Origin: an uncultured Chloroflexia bacterium
GTDB taxonomy: Bacteria > Chloroflexota > Dehalococcoidia > UBA2979
Reading direction: 5' to 3'
Length of the DNA: 64,000 nt
NCBI GenBank assembly: GCA_963728205.1
Contig: CAVSIV010000006.1
Span: 1,344,001-1,408,000, forward strand
Both the position numbers and the translations under genes were made by a program. The stretch's first letter is position 1. Each line of letters opens with the position of its first letter. Positions 10,218 to 19,830 of the stretch are shown here, in pieces. The notes under the pieces were generated by a model. That model saw only the letters and a list, made by a program, of their open reading frames with translations. It was not told where the DNA came from and made no database searches.

Positions 10218-10604
10218 CTAGCCGTCCCAGCCCGCCTCGACCAGCCGCTGCGCCGCCTGCCAGGCCGGGAACGCCGCCTCGAGCGTGCGCAGCCCCGACG
10301 GCGTCAGCGCCAGCCGGTGCTCGCGCGCGTCCTCCGACGGCGCCTCGGCGATCCAGCCGTTGCGCTCGAGGAGCGCCGCGCTGCGGGTGAGCGTCGTGCG
10401 CTCCAGTCCCAGCAGGTCCGCCAGCTCGCCCAGCCGCGTCGGCCCCTTCTGCGACAGCGCCGCCAGCACGGAGAACTGCGTCGCGCGCAGGCCGTGCGGA
10501 CGGAGGTGCTGCTCGTAGAGGCGCGTCAGCGCGCGCGCCCGCTTGCGGGCGATGAGGCAGGCGCACCGGCGCGTGAGCGAGAGGTCGATGGTGGTGGTCG
10601 GCAT
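10218..10604 (-). CDS. MarR-family transcriptional regulator
   Basis: CACLIARKRARALTRLYEQHLRPHGLRATQFSVL...ERTTLTRS...DAREHRLALT. Confidence 0.9.
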   Translation of the reverse strand: MPTTTIDLSLTRRCACLIARKRARALTRLYEQHLRPHGLRATQFSVLAALSQKGPTRLGELADLLGLERTTLTRSAALLERNGWIAEAPSEDAREHRLALTPSGLRTLEAAFPAWQAAQRLVEAGWDG

Positions 10605-10639
10605 GGCGAAGAGTGTATATGCACGTATTCGGGAGTCAA
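10605..10639 (-). promoter_or_regulatory. sigma70-like promoter with palindromic operator; probable leaderless marR mRNA
   Basis: TTGACT-N16-TACACT ending 7 nt before the ATG; imperfect palindrome GTGCATATACAC overlaps the -10. Confidence 0.55.
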
Positions 10640-10674
10640 GGGGGGCGGGGAGGAGGCGGGCGCACGCCCGCCGC

Positions 10675-10845
10675 GGCGAGCAGGGCGCCGTCAGGCCGCT
10701 GTTTCCATCTCCACGCGCGCCGCGACTCTGTCGCCGGACCCCGGCGGCCGCCGGGGCGAACGGCCGTGGCGCCGGCGGGCGTGCCCCCGTCGCCCCGCGG
10801 GCGCGTGGGGTGCCGGAAACAGCGGCCTGACGTCCCCTGCTCGCC
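10675..10845. repeat. REPIN-like inverted pair, REP family B
   Basis: GGCGAGCAGGGCGCCGTCAGGCCGCTGTTTCC at 10675-10706 and near-identical inverted copy at 10815-10845. Confidence 0.8.
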
Positions 10846-10861
10846 TCGGCGCGCGCCGGCC

Positions 10862-12220
10862 TCAGGACCCGCCGTGCCAGCGCGACGCGTGCTCGCGCTG
10901 CGTGTCGGTGTAGCCGCGGCCCGGCGCGAACAGGCGGTCGTAGTACGCGAGGTCGAGGTGGTGCGCCTGCACCCAGATGCCGGGGACGTGCATCGCGTCG
11001 ACGTGCGCGGGGAAGCGGCCGTACGTGTTCCAGATGTAGTTGCACACCGCCTTCGTGCAGGCGACGACCTCCTCCGTGTCGTGCGGCACCTCGTCGAGGA
11101 ACTGCCGGCCGTAGTCGCCGCGGTACAGCTCGCCGAACAGCGCCTGGTCGCGGTAGACGCCGCCCGCGCCGTACTTCTCGCCCAGCACCGCGTCGACGGC
11201 GGCGTCCATGTCCGGGTAGTAGGGCGGGCAGCAGCCCTCGAGCAGGCCGTCGAGGCCCACCGGGTTGGGCCGCCACGCCGGCACCGGGGTGATCGGCCGC
11301 AGCAGGAAGGTGCGCAGCCACTTCCTCGGGTGCTGGAAGCGGAAGCGCAGGCCCGGGCCGTAGCGCGCGTAGTCGGGGTCGCCGAGCAGCAGCGGGCCGT
11401 AGAAGCCGGCGTGCACCCAGCCGCCGAGCCCCATCGCCTGGATCGTGAGCAGCAGGTTCTGGATCAGCAGGTCCGACTCGATCGGGATGCGGAACGTCCC
11501 GAGCATGCCCAGCGGCAGCGGCAGGTCCTTGTTCAGGAAGCCGCTCTTCACCCACTTCCCGAGCCCCGCCTTGCGGTAGAAGTTCCACTCGTCGACGAAC
11601 ACGGGGCGCGTGCCGGGCTCCTGCGAGAAGAGGAAGAAGAAGCCGTTGATGTACTGCCGCGTGAGGTCGACGACCGGCAGCAGGATCGTGCTGCCGGGCA
11701 CGTTCGACACGTGCCGGTTGCTGCCGAGGTAGCACGGGAACTCGCGGGGGAAGTCGAGCCGGCGGTCGAGCACCTGCACCTTGCAGCGCTCCGTGTACTC
11801 GATGAGGCGCTCGGGCGAGAGGCCGTCGACGCTGAGGACGAGCGGGTCGAGGTCGTCCGGGCGCTTGAGGAAGTACGTGCCCGAGTCGTTGATGAGGAAG
11901 AAGTGCGTCGCCTGCGCGTTATCGGGGCTGCCGGCCGTGCGGCCGAGCATGTTCAGCATGGGCGAGCCGAGCACCGGGTCGCCGTGCTCGTTCTGGAAGG
12001 GCATGTCGGGCAGCGAGATGCCGGTGACGCCGGTGGCCGCGATCAGCAGCGCCTCCTCGAGCGGCGTCAGCGGCTCGGGGCGCTCGTCCGACGTGTAGCT
12101 CAGGCTCCCCGCCGGCACCGACGCGATGCCCTTGCTGATGCGCCGGGAGCGGCGATTGAAGAGCGCGTCGAAGAGGGGGTAGCGCAGCGCCTCGCGCATG
12201 CCGGGATGGTCGTTCGTCAT
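10862..12220 (-). CDS. Conserved hypothetical protein, possibly nitroreductase-like fold
   Basis: 452 aa with host-like codon usage; LFNRRSRR N-terminal motif and QNLLLTIQAMGLGGW. Confidence 0.7.
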   Translation of the reverse strand: MTNDHPGMREALRYPLFDALFNRRSRRISKGIASVPAGSLSYTSDERPEPLTPLEEALLIAATGVTGISLPDMPFQNEHGDPVLGSPMLNMLGRTAGSPDNAQATHFFLINDSGTYFLKRPDDLDPLVLSVDGLSPERLIEYTERCKVQVLDRRLDFPREFPCYLGSNRHVSNVPGSTILLPVVDLTRQYINGFFFLFSQEPGTRPVFVDEWNFYRKAGLGKWVKSGFLNKDLPLPLGMLGTFRIPIESDLLIQNLLLTIQAMGLGGWVHAGFYGPLLLGDPDYARYGPGLRFRFQHPRKWLRTFLLRPITPVPAWRPNPVGLDGLLEGCCPPYYPDMDAAVDAVLGEKYGAGGVYRDQALFGELYRGDYGRQFLDEVPHDTEEVVACTKAVCNYIWNTYGRFPAHVDAMHVPGIWVQAHHLDLAYYDRLFAPGRGYTDTQREHASRWHGGS

Positions 12221-12304
12221 GGCCTGACCTCGCAGTCGCGAATCCGAACCGTGTCGCCCACGGTTCGCCTGGCCCGGCCGCCGGCCGAGGATACGCGGCG
12301 GCCG

Positions 12305-12473
12305 GGCGAGCAGGGCGCCGTCAGGCCGCTGTTTCCAGCCGCGCGCGCGCCACGATCGCGCCGCCCCGTCCCGGCCGGCGACCCGGGCGAATCGCGGTGG
12401 CGCGGGCCGCGGTGTTGCGGTCGCCGGCCGGCGAGTGGGTCGCCGGAGACAGCGGGACAGCGCCCTGCCCGCC
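12305..12473. repeat. REPIN-like inverted pair, REP family B
   Basis: Copy identical to 10675-10706 at 12305-12336; degenerate inverted copy at 12445-12473. Confidence 0.7.
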
Positions 12474-12583
12474 GCGGCGCGAAGAAACTCCCCCCGCGCC
12501 TGTCGATCTCGGCCGTCGACGTTCGTGTAGATGTCGAAGCGGCCCGATACCCTGTCGGGCCCGACAGCCTGGAGGAGACCCTG

Positions 12584-12973
12584 ATGAAGCAGTACCTGCT
12601 GTCCGTCTACATGGTCGAGGGCGAGGCGCCGCCGGCGCCCGAGGTGATGAAGGAGGCCTTCCGCGACGTGGACGTGCTCAACCAGAAGATGCAGGCGCAG
12701 GGCGCCTGGGTCTTCGGGGGCGGCCTCTACCCGCCTGACACCGCGACCGTCGTCCGCGCCGAGAACGGCCGCGTGGTGACGACCGACGGCCCCTTCGCCG
12801 AGGCGAAAGAGCAGATCGGCGGCTTCTGGATCATCCAGGCGGAGGACCTCGACGCGGCCCTCAAGTGGGCCGGTGAGGCGTCGGAGGCGTGCAAGGGCGC
12901 GGTCGAGGTGCGCCCGTTCCAGCCCGAGGACGCGACCGCCGAGGACATCATCGCCACGCAGCAGGCCGGGTAG
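12584..12973 (+). CDS. YCII-related (DGPF) protein
   Basis: MKQYLLSVY...TTDGPFAEAKEQIGGFWII...VEVRPF; GGAGGAG RBS. Confidence 0.92.
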   Translation: MKQYLLSVYMVEGEAPPAPEVMKEAFRDVDVLNQKMQAQGAWVFGGGLYPPDTATVVRAENGRVVTTDGPFAEAKEQIGGFWIIQAEDLDAALKWAGEASEACKGAVEVRPFQPEDATAEDIIATQQAG

Positions 12974-13062
12974 TCCCGAAGCGATGCGCCGCGCCCGCCG
13001 GCGCGCGGAACGCGCGAGCGTTCCGACGGGCGCCGGCGGGCGGGCGACGGACGCCGGAGGCG

Positions 13063-14352
13063 ATGGTGACGCAGCAGCCCGCCGTCGACCATGAGGCAAT
13101 CGCGCGCGTCTTCCGCGAGGAGTCGGCGCGCGCGGTCGCCTCACTGGTGCGGGTCTGCGGCGACGTCGACCTCGCGGAGGAGGCGGTGCAGGAGGCGTTC
13201 GAGGTCGCCCTGCGCCGCTGGCCGTCCGCCGGGGTCCCCCCGAGCCCGGCGGGCTGGATCATCACCACCGCCAAGCACCGCGCCATCGACTGGCTCCGCC
13301 GCGAGCGCACGCGCGACGACCGCCACCGCCGCGCCGCCGCGCTGCGGGCCCAGCGGCGAACGACGACTCAGCGGCGTCGGATACGACGCCGACCTCCGAC
13401 CTGATCGGCGACGGCACCCCGATGGACGACGACCGCCTGCGCCTCGTCTTCACCTGCTGCCACCCCGCGCTCGCCGTCGAGGCGCAGCTCGCGCTCACGC
13501 TGCGGCTGATCGCCGGGCTGCGCACGCCCGAGATCGCGCGGGCGTTCCTCGTGCCGGAGGCGACGATGGCGCAGCGCCTCGTGCGCGCGAAGGCGAAGAT
13601 CCGCGACGCGCGGCATCCCCTACCGCGTCCCGCGCGACGCCGACCTGCCCGAGCGGCTGCGCTCGGTGCTGGCCGTCGTCTACCTGGTGTTCAACGAGGG
13701 CTATGTCGCGACCGCCGGCGCGTCGCTGGTGCGCGACGAGCTGTGCGGCGAGGCGATCCGCCTGGGGCGGCTGCTGGTCGAGCTGATGCCCGACGAGCCC
13801 GAGGCGCGCGGCCTGCTGGCGCTGATGCTGCTCACGGAGTCGCGCCGGCCCGCGCGCACCGCCGCCGACGGGTCGCTCGTGCGGCTCGCCGACCAGGACC
13901 GCGCGCGCTGGGACCGCGCCCTCATCGACGAGGGCCACGCGCTCGTGCGCGCCTGCCTGCGGCAGAACCGCCCCGGCCCCTACCAGCTGCAGGCCGCGAT
14001 CGCGGCCGTGCACGCCGACGCGCCGACCGCCGCCGCCACCGACTGGCGGCAGATCGTCGCGCTCTACGACCGGCTGCTCGCGCTCCAGCCGACGCCCGTC
14101 GTCGCGCTCAACCGCGCCATCGCCGTCGCCGAGGTCGACGGCCCCGCCGCCGCGCTCGCGCTCGTCGACGCGCTGGCGCTCGAGGGCTACCACCCGTGGT
14201 GGGCGACGCGCGGCGATCTGCTCGAGCGGCTGGGGCGGCGCGAGGAGGCGGCGGAGGCGTTCGCCCGGGCGGCGGAGATGACGGAGAACGAGGCGGAGCG
14301 GCGGTACCTCGAGGGGCGGGCGCGATTCCGTCCTAAGGGCTGGAGCCAGTAG
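13063..14352 (+). CDS. ECF42-type RNA polymerase sigma factor with C-terminal TPR; two frameshifts
   Basis: DLAEEAVQEAF...DDRLRLVFTCCHPAL...QRLVRAKAKI...PGPYQLQAAIAAVH spread over three frames (breaks near 13350-13400 and 13617); follows a DGPF gene. Confidence 0.85.
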
Positions 14353-14421
14353 AACCTGTGTTGAGTTACCGGATACAGCCAGTAAGAATATTCTTGATTT
14401 ACTGGATGCAGCCTGTATGAT
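14333..14421 (+). promoter_or_regulatory. Promoter with three operator-like palindromes at 33-bp period
   Basis: TTACCGGATACAGCCAGTAA (14366), TTACTGGATGCAGCCTGTAT (14399) and a degenerate copy (14333); TTGATT 14394 / TATGAT 14416. Confidence 0.6.
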
Positions 14422-14428
14422 AGAAGTC

Positions 14429-14905
14429 ATGTCACGTAGCGATAACACGAGAGCGCGTGCCCGACTCGACGGCCGCCTGGCGAAGCTCAGCTCACTCCGA
14501 ACCGAGCCGCGTCCGCACAGGGGATGGATTCGCGCCATCCGCGACGCGCTCGGTATGTCCGCCAGGGAGTTGGCCGCCCGCATGGGCGTCAGTCAACAGA
14601 CGATTCCCGATATCGAGCACAGCGAACTTCGCGACACAATCAAGCTCGACACGCTGAGGCGCGCTGCGGACGCTCTTGACTGTGACCTGGTCTATTTCCT
14701 GATTCCCCGCAGCAGCCTCGACGAGACGATCCGCGCGCAGGCTCGTCGCAAGGCCAGTGATCACCTCGAGCGCGTGGCCCATCACAGTCGCCTCGAAGAC
14801 CAGGCGCTCACCGCGGACGACACCAACGCGGAGATCGACGCGCTGGCATCGACGCTCGCCGACCGGAGAGGGCTGTGGTCGGAGTCCTCATCGCCACGGC
14901 GATAG
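14429..14905 (+). CDS. Mobile mystery protein A (XRE-type HTH)
   Basis: PHRGWIRAIRDALGMSARELAARMGVSQ...IKLDTLRRAADALDCDLVY...HHSRLEDQ. Confidence 0.88.
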   Translation: MSRSDNTRARARLDGRLAKLSSLRTEPRPHRGWIRAIRDALGMSARELAARMGVSQQTIPDIEHSELRDTIKLDTLRRAADALDCDLVYFLIPRSSLDETIRAQARRKASDHLERVAHHSRLEDQALTADDTNAEIDALASTLADRRGLWSESSSPRR

Positions 14906-14908
14906 GCA

Positions 14909-15496
14909 ATGACGGGCCCGCTCCTCCCTGTTGGCGACGGGCACACGGCCCTGTCCGATGAGGACGGAGAGGGGCTCATTCCCTCGTACATTGCCACGCG
15001 CGCGGATCTCTTCGACGCGGAAGAGCGCAACATCGCGAAGGCGATGCTCCGCCGCGCGCCGACAATCGACCAGCTTCTCGACGACCGGTATCTGCGCGGT
15101 CTCCATCGCGCGATGTTTGGCGATGTCTGGAAGTGGGCGGGCCGGTACCGCCTGAAGGAAACGAACATCGGCATCGCACCTGCTCAGGTGGCGGTGGCAG
15201 TCCGGGACCTGGTCGACGATGCGCGCGTGTGGGTCGCGTCGGCCACGTATGCGCCGGACGAACTCGCGGTTCGCTTTCATCACCGACTGGTGGCCATCCA
15301 TCCATTCCCAAACGGCAACGGACGCCACGGACGGGTTGCTGCCGACTACCTGGTGCAAGGCCTTGGCAAAGAAGCGTTCACATGGGGCGCCACTCGTGAT
15401 GCCAGCACGGAAGACCTGCGCGCGGAGTACAGGCGCGCGCTACAGCGAGCCGACCAGAATGACATCGCGGATCTTCTCGTGTTCGCGCGGTCCTGA
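14909..15496 (+). CDS. Mobile mystery protein B (Fic domain)
   Basis: LHRAMFGDVWKWAGRYR and Fic motif HPFPNGNGRHGR. Confidence 0.9.
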   Translation: MTGPLLPVGDGHTALSDEDGEGLIPSYIATRADLFDAEERNIAKAMLRRAPTIDQLLDDRYLRGLHRAMFGDVWKWAGRYRLKETNIGIAPAQVAVAVRDLVDDARVWVASATYAPDELAVRFHHRLVAIHPFPNGNGRHGRVAADYLVQGLGKEAFTWGATRDASTEDLRAEYRRALQRADQNDIADLLVFARS

Positions 15497-15669
15497 GCGG
15501 GCCGGCGGCCTCGGCGTCGGGGTCGCGCCACCACGCGGGCGCGCCGTAGCCGGCGTCCTGGTGCGGGGACTGGATGTCGACGTTGACGCTCTTACGTTCG
15601 CCGACGGGACGGCTACGGACGCTCACCGCGGCTCGTCCGCGTCGTAGAAGGTCGGGAGCGCGCCAGCGA

Positions 15670-16941
15670 TCAGCTCGATCGGTACGGCACGCGCGCGCGG
15701 GCTCCGAGGTCAGGGTGTCGCCGCCCGGGCTGGCGAGCTGTCGTTCGAGCGACGTGAACGCCTCGATCAGCTCGGGCGCCTCGAACGCCCGGTTGCGCCG
15801 GCCGACGTTGATCTGCTGAGCACGCCGCGCCTCGCGAGCCGCCGGATCGCCTTGTTCGTCGCCTCGAAGGTGCGGCCGATCAGGCCGGCGGCCGTGGCAG
15901 CCGTCAGGACCGGGGCGCGCGGGCAACGCGTCGATCAGCGGAACGCCGCGGAGTGCCGCGCGCCGCCCGACGCCCTCCCGCCACGCCTCCTGCAGCGCGC
16001 GCACGCGCTCCTCGAACGCGCTCGCGTCGCCACGGCTCGACTGCAGGCGGTCGCGAAGAGCGCGATCCAGCGGTTGACGCCCTCGTCCGCCTGCGGCGGT
16101 CCGGGGGCCGTCATAGCGGGTCGCGGTCAAGCCGCCGACATAGTCCCGCGAGAGCGTGGCCAGGACCAGCGAGACGGGCGGGAGGAACCAATCGGCGAGC
16201 CCGCGGCGTCTCAGGACGAGGTCGATCAGGGCGCGACCGGTCCGGCCGTTGCCGTCGGCGAACGGGTGGATCGTCTCGAACTGCGCGTGCGCGACGGCCG
16301 CCTGCGCGACGGCGGGCAGCGCGTCGTCGTTGGCGAGAAGGCGCAGAGGTCATGCAGGAACTCGGGGACGCGCTCGGGCGGCGGCGGGACGAAGGCCGCG
16401 GAGCACGGGTTGAAGGCACTGCCGCCGATCCAGTTCTGCTCCGTCGCGGACCGCCGCCGGCCGCCTGCTCCTGCCCGGTCCCCGCCAGCAGCCGCGGTGG
16501 ATCTCGCAGCAGGTCCTCCACCGGCAAGTGGCTGTCGCGTGCACCGCGTCTCCGTCGCCCAGAGCATCGCCTCGATGTTCCCCAGGACCTCCAGCGCGGT
16601 GACATCGCCGCGGGTCCTCACCGATGCCGGCGGCAACTCCGCCCTCAGCAGCCGCCGTCCCCCGACCTCGAGACCCTCGATGCGCGACGAAGCCACCGAC
16701 TCGGCGCGCAGCAGGAGCCGCGCGAGCGCCTCGGTGTCCACGAGCGCCTCGGCGGAGCTGGTTCAGCCGGACCGAGCGCCGCCTCGGCGTCGGCGACGTC
16801 CGCCGCGACGTCGCCGTCCAGCGAGAACCGTCGCCCCGCAACGGGATCCGGGACGTAGGTTTCGTAGTCGCAGGGGCGCCGGTCGCGGCGGGTGAGGCCT
16901 TCCGGCGAGGGTTCCCAGCGGTGACGTTCGAAGCTTGCCAC
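15670..16941 (-). pseudogene. Fic-family protein, multiply frameshifted
   Basis: Fragments YETYVPDP, LLLRAESVASSRIEGL, QNWIGGSAFNPCSAAFVPPPPE, HAQFETIHPFADGNGRTGR and GRRNRAFEAPELI lie in different frames. Confidence 0.8.
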
Positions 16942-16950
16942 GGGCGCCTC

Positions 16951-16984
16951 CTTGTTCAAGGATAGCAACAATTCCTTGAACAAG
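16951..16984. promoter_or_regulatory. Perfect 12-bp inverted repeat upstream of the Fic gene (candidate operator)
   Basis: CTTGTTCAAGGA-N10-TCCTTGAACAAG. Confidence 0.55.
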
Positions 16985-17099
16985 TGATGGCGCTGGTCAG
17001 GCTTCCACGCCAGGACGGGCGCCGCGGCGGCGCTCGCGACCGGCACCGCGATCCTCGAGCGGAAGGAGGAGCGGCGCTTGCCTCAAACGGTGGTCTGGG

Positions 17100-19223
17100 T
17101 CAAGGCCACGTCCTGATGAGTTCCGCCCAGGCCGGCTGAGCGCCTTTCATGACGGCGTGGAGTGCGCGTTCTTGTACTCGCCTCGTGCGCTGCCCGCGCC
17201 GGCTCCCGCTTGTGATCGTGACGTGGGCGGAATCGGACTGGATCGGCAGAATGATGCACTAGCTCAACCACTTACTCGCGACGGGGAGTGCCCGTCGGAA
17301 TACTCCGTTGCGAACCCAGTTCCCCCCATCCGGGACAGGTCGCCGAGCGGGAGTGGCAGTTGCGTACGCGAGCGCGAGCTTCGCGTGCGACCGGAGTAGC
17401 CCTTAGCAAGGAGCTCGTTGAAGACATCTAGCGCCAGCACCCGTGCGGTCGGGTCACTCAGCGCCGGATCTTGGAAACGCAGGCACCGCCCGCTCCCCCC
17501 TCAGGCAAAGTCCGGTCCGAGCGCGGCGCGCCATCGAATGGGGGATCGCGATCCTGTCCCGGTCACGGAAGAAGCGTGCGAGGACGGTTGGGCGGCTAGC
17601 GCGTCGACCGCGCAGCCCGACAGAGAACAGAAAATCGAACACCGCTGAGTTGGCGGGAAGATCGCGGCGGCCGCCAGGACCCACCCAGCCGAGAGTGCTG
17701 TGGCGGCGAGCAGGAGAGCTGCGTAGCGGGCAAGGTCTGGCTCCGCGTGTTGTGTGAGTTCCTCGAGCAGAAGCCGGAATCCGGTCGAGTCGACGCGGAT
17801 CTCCACTGAACACGCGATGGATTGCCTGACTAGCCGCGAGCGAGTTGTCGGCAGCTTTAATCAACGCATTGCCCGTTCTGTCGATCGCCGCCTCGCCCTG
17901 AACAACAAACTCGGGAGACCGACAGCCGTGCGCCCCGCTCTACGCACTCCGACTCTGCACTCCGTAGTGCTGCCCGATAGCGGCGAACGTCCGAAGTTGG
18001 CTCGCAGACATCGAGCGCATCTGTCAGGTCGGCGACGGTGAGTGAGTCGGGCGGCCGGGCCGCTAACGCGGTCTCGATCGCGTCCGCTGCGACGACATGC
18101 ATAGGGAACCGCTGGAGGTATTACCCCCACCACCCACGAGAGGTGGGGGTGGTCGACCAAGAGCCACTCGTCGCAGTGTGAAGGATGTCTTTGCGAGGAT
18201 TCAGACGGAGCAGTGAGTAGCGGAACTTCGAGTCGCTCTCAACTGTCCACGCTGGGCCGGTCCACTTCACCGATGAGCGGAACGCCGTGCGCAGTTCGCG
18301 CTGGGCGCGCCGCTCGTCCGAGCCGGGCGCCTCTAGGCGCAGTAGACCGCTCGCGACGCCCTCGTCGAAGTCCTCCTCCCGGTCCACCCGGCGAACCGTC
18401 TCGCTCCAGCCCTTCGGGGTAAGTCCGAGCCGACGTGCACCGACTTCCAGGAGACGGCAGCGCCCTTCGAACGTCTCGGCCCTCCTCTCCGAGCACGACG
18501 ATGTCATCGACGTACCTGGCGTACGTGACTGGACCGACGTCAACTTCATCAATCTCGAACAGCAAGAGTTCAGCAAGGATGCTGGAGGTCTCAGGTCCTT
18601 TGGGGGAGGCCGAACCCTCGTTGGCTATTCGGTGTCTCGCTCGTCCATCGCTCGAGGCACGCTAGCAAGAGGTTAGAAATCTTGAGAGATGTACCGCGAC
18701 AGGCGCCGCCTCAAGAGCGAATGGTCGACCGTATCGTAGAAGGACACAAGGTCGAAATCACCGCGGTATCGGAGATCCTTCCCGGAACGACTTCTTGAGG
18801 GTGTCTATATAGTGTCGATATCCAACGCGCCATGGCTTGAAGAATTGATTTGTTTGACGCCCAGCTAATATCCCGCTGAAGCGTCGCGTATAGGCCAGCC
18901 GAGTTTGTTGTGATGCGACCTGATCGCCAACGAGATTGCCAATCGCTTGGTAGACGTGCTGGTCGCGCAACGTGAGCATCGTGATTGGTAGGAGAAGGCC
19001 GCCAGACGCCTTCGGCATGAACTGAACAACCGGCGTCGTTGGCGCGAAGACTTCCCGGCATACATGCAACGCCAGCGCATGGGACACTTCCGGGCGCTCC
19101 GGCTAGGTATGCAGAGAGCATCGGTTCGTAGAGCGATTTGTAGTCAAGATTCGCGCCGAACTGCATCCTCTGGAGTGCCAGGTCGAAGTTCGTGTCGCGC
19201 GTAAATCGAGCCTCGAGAGCCAT
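17100..19223 (-). CDS. Reverse transcriptase, Abi/unknown-group (DRT-like), ~700 aa, heavily frameshifted
   Basis: Stitched frames give MPKASGGLLLPITMLTLRDQHVYQAI, DFDLVSFYDTVDHSLL, GLPQ/GPETSSILAELLL and YARYVDDIVVL in correct RT motif order, then a long helical-looking C-terminal region. Confidence 0.8.
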
Positions 19224-19321
19224 TGGGATTCCTATCGCCGTGACTCGGTCGTGAGCTGCGTCGATATCCTATCAACAGACTTGTCCTCGTATGCCGCAGG
19301 CGGATACCGTCATCGGCGACA

Positions 19322-19830
19322 ATGACTGATGAACGGCTTCCGTCGCGTGTCCCCGACTATGAGCCTCTCCTCACGGAGGGAATGCACTACCGCACGCTCG
19401 ACGAGCTGCGGGACCGCTGCGTTGCCACCTTCCCCCTTTCGTCAACCCGGCCCGGGCTGATGGCGAACCTTGACTCCGCGATTGCTAGACTGAATTCTGC
19501 CGGTGTGCCGGGTGAGGTGTTGATCGATGGCAGTTTCCTCACGGCGAAGATTGATCCCGCTGACGTCGACCTCGTGCTCCGAACGTCGGCGATGTGGTTT
19601 GAGAACGATGCGACGCCGGAGCAACGCGAGGCCGTCGAGCGATTCGACGCGGGCCTGCGGGACTCCGAGCACCTTGACGCGTACTACTTCTGCATTGGCC
19701 GGCGGAGCATCGGGTATGGGCACTCGGAGAAGCCGAGCGACAGAGCTGGACGAGGACGTTCGGCTTCAGCCGTGAGCCGCACCGGACGCCCAAAGGCATC
19801 GCCATAGTCAGGCTGACGGCAACACCATGA
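19322..19830 (+). CDS. DUF6932-like nucleotidyltransferase-fold protein; one frameshift near 19690
   Basis: LIDGSFLTAKIDPADVDLV, then in shifted frame WTRTFGFSR...PKGIAIVRL. Confidence 0.7.

Noticed and set aside
19224-19321. Retron msr-msd upstream of the RT
   Set aside because: Only 98 bp, shared with a divergent gene; no clear a1/a2 inverted repeats, and no VTG retron motif seen in the RT
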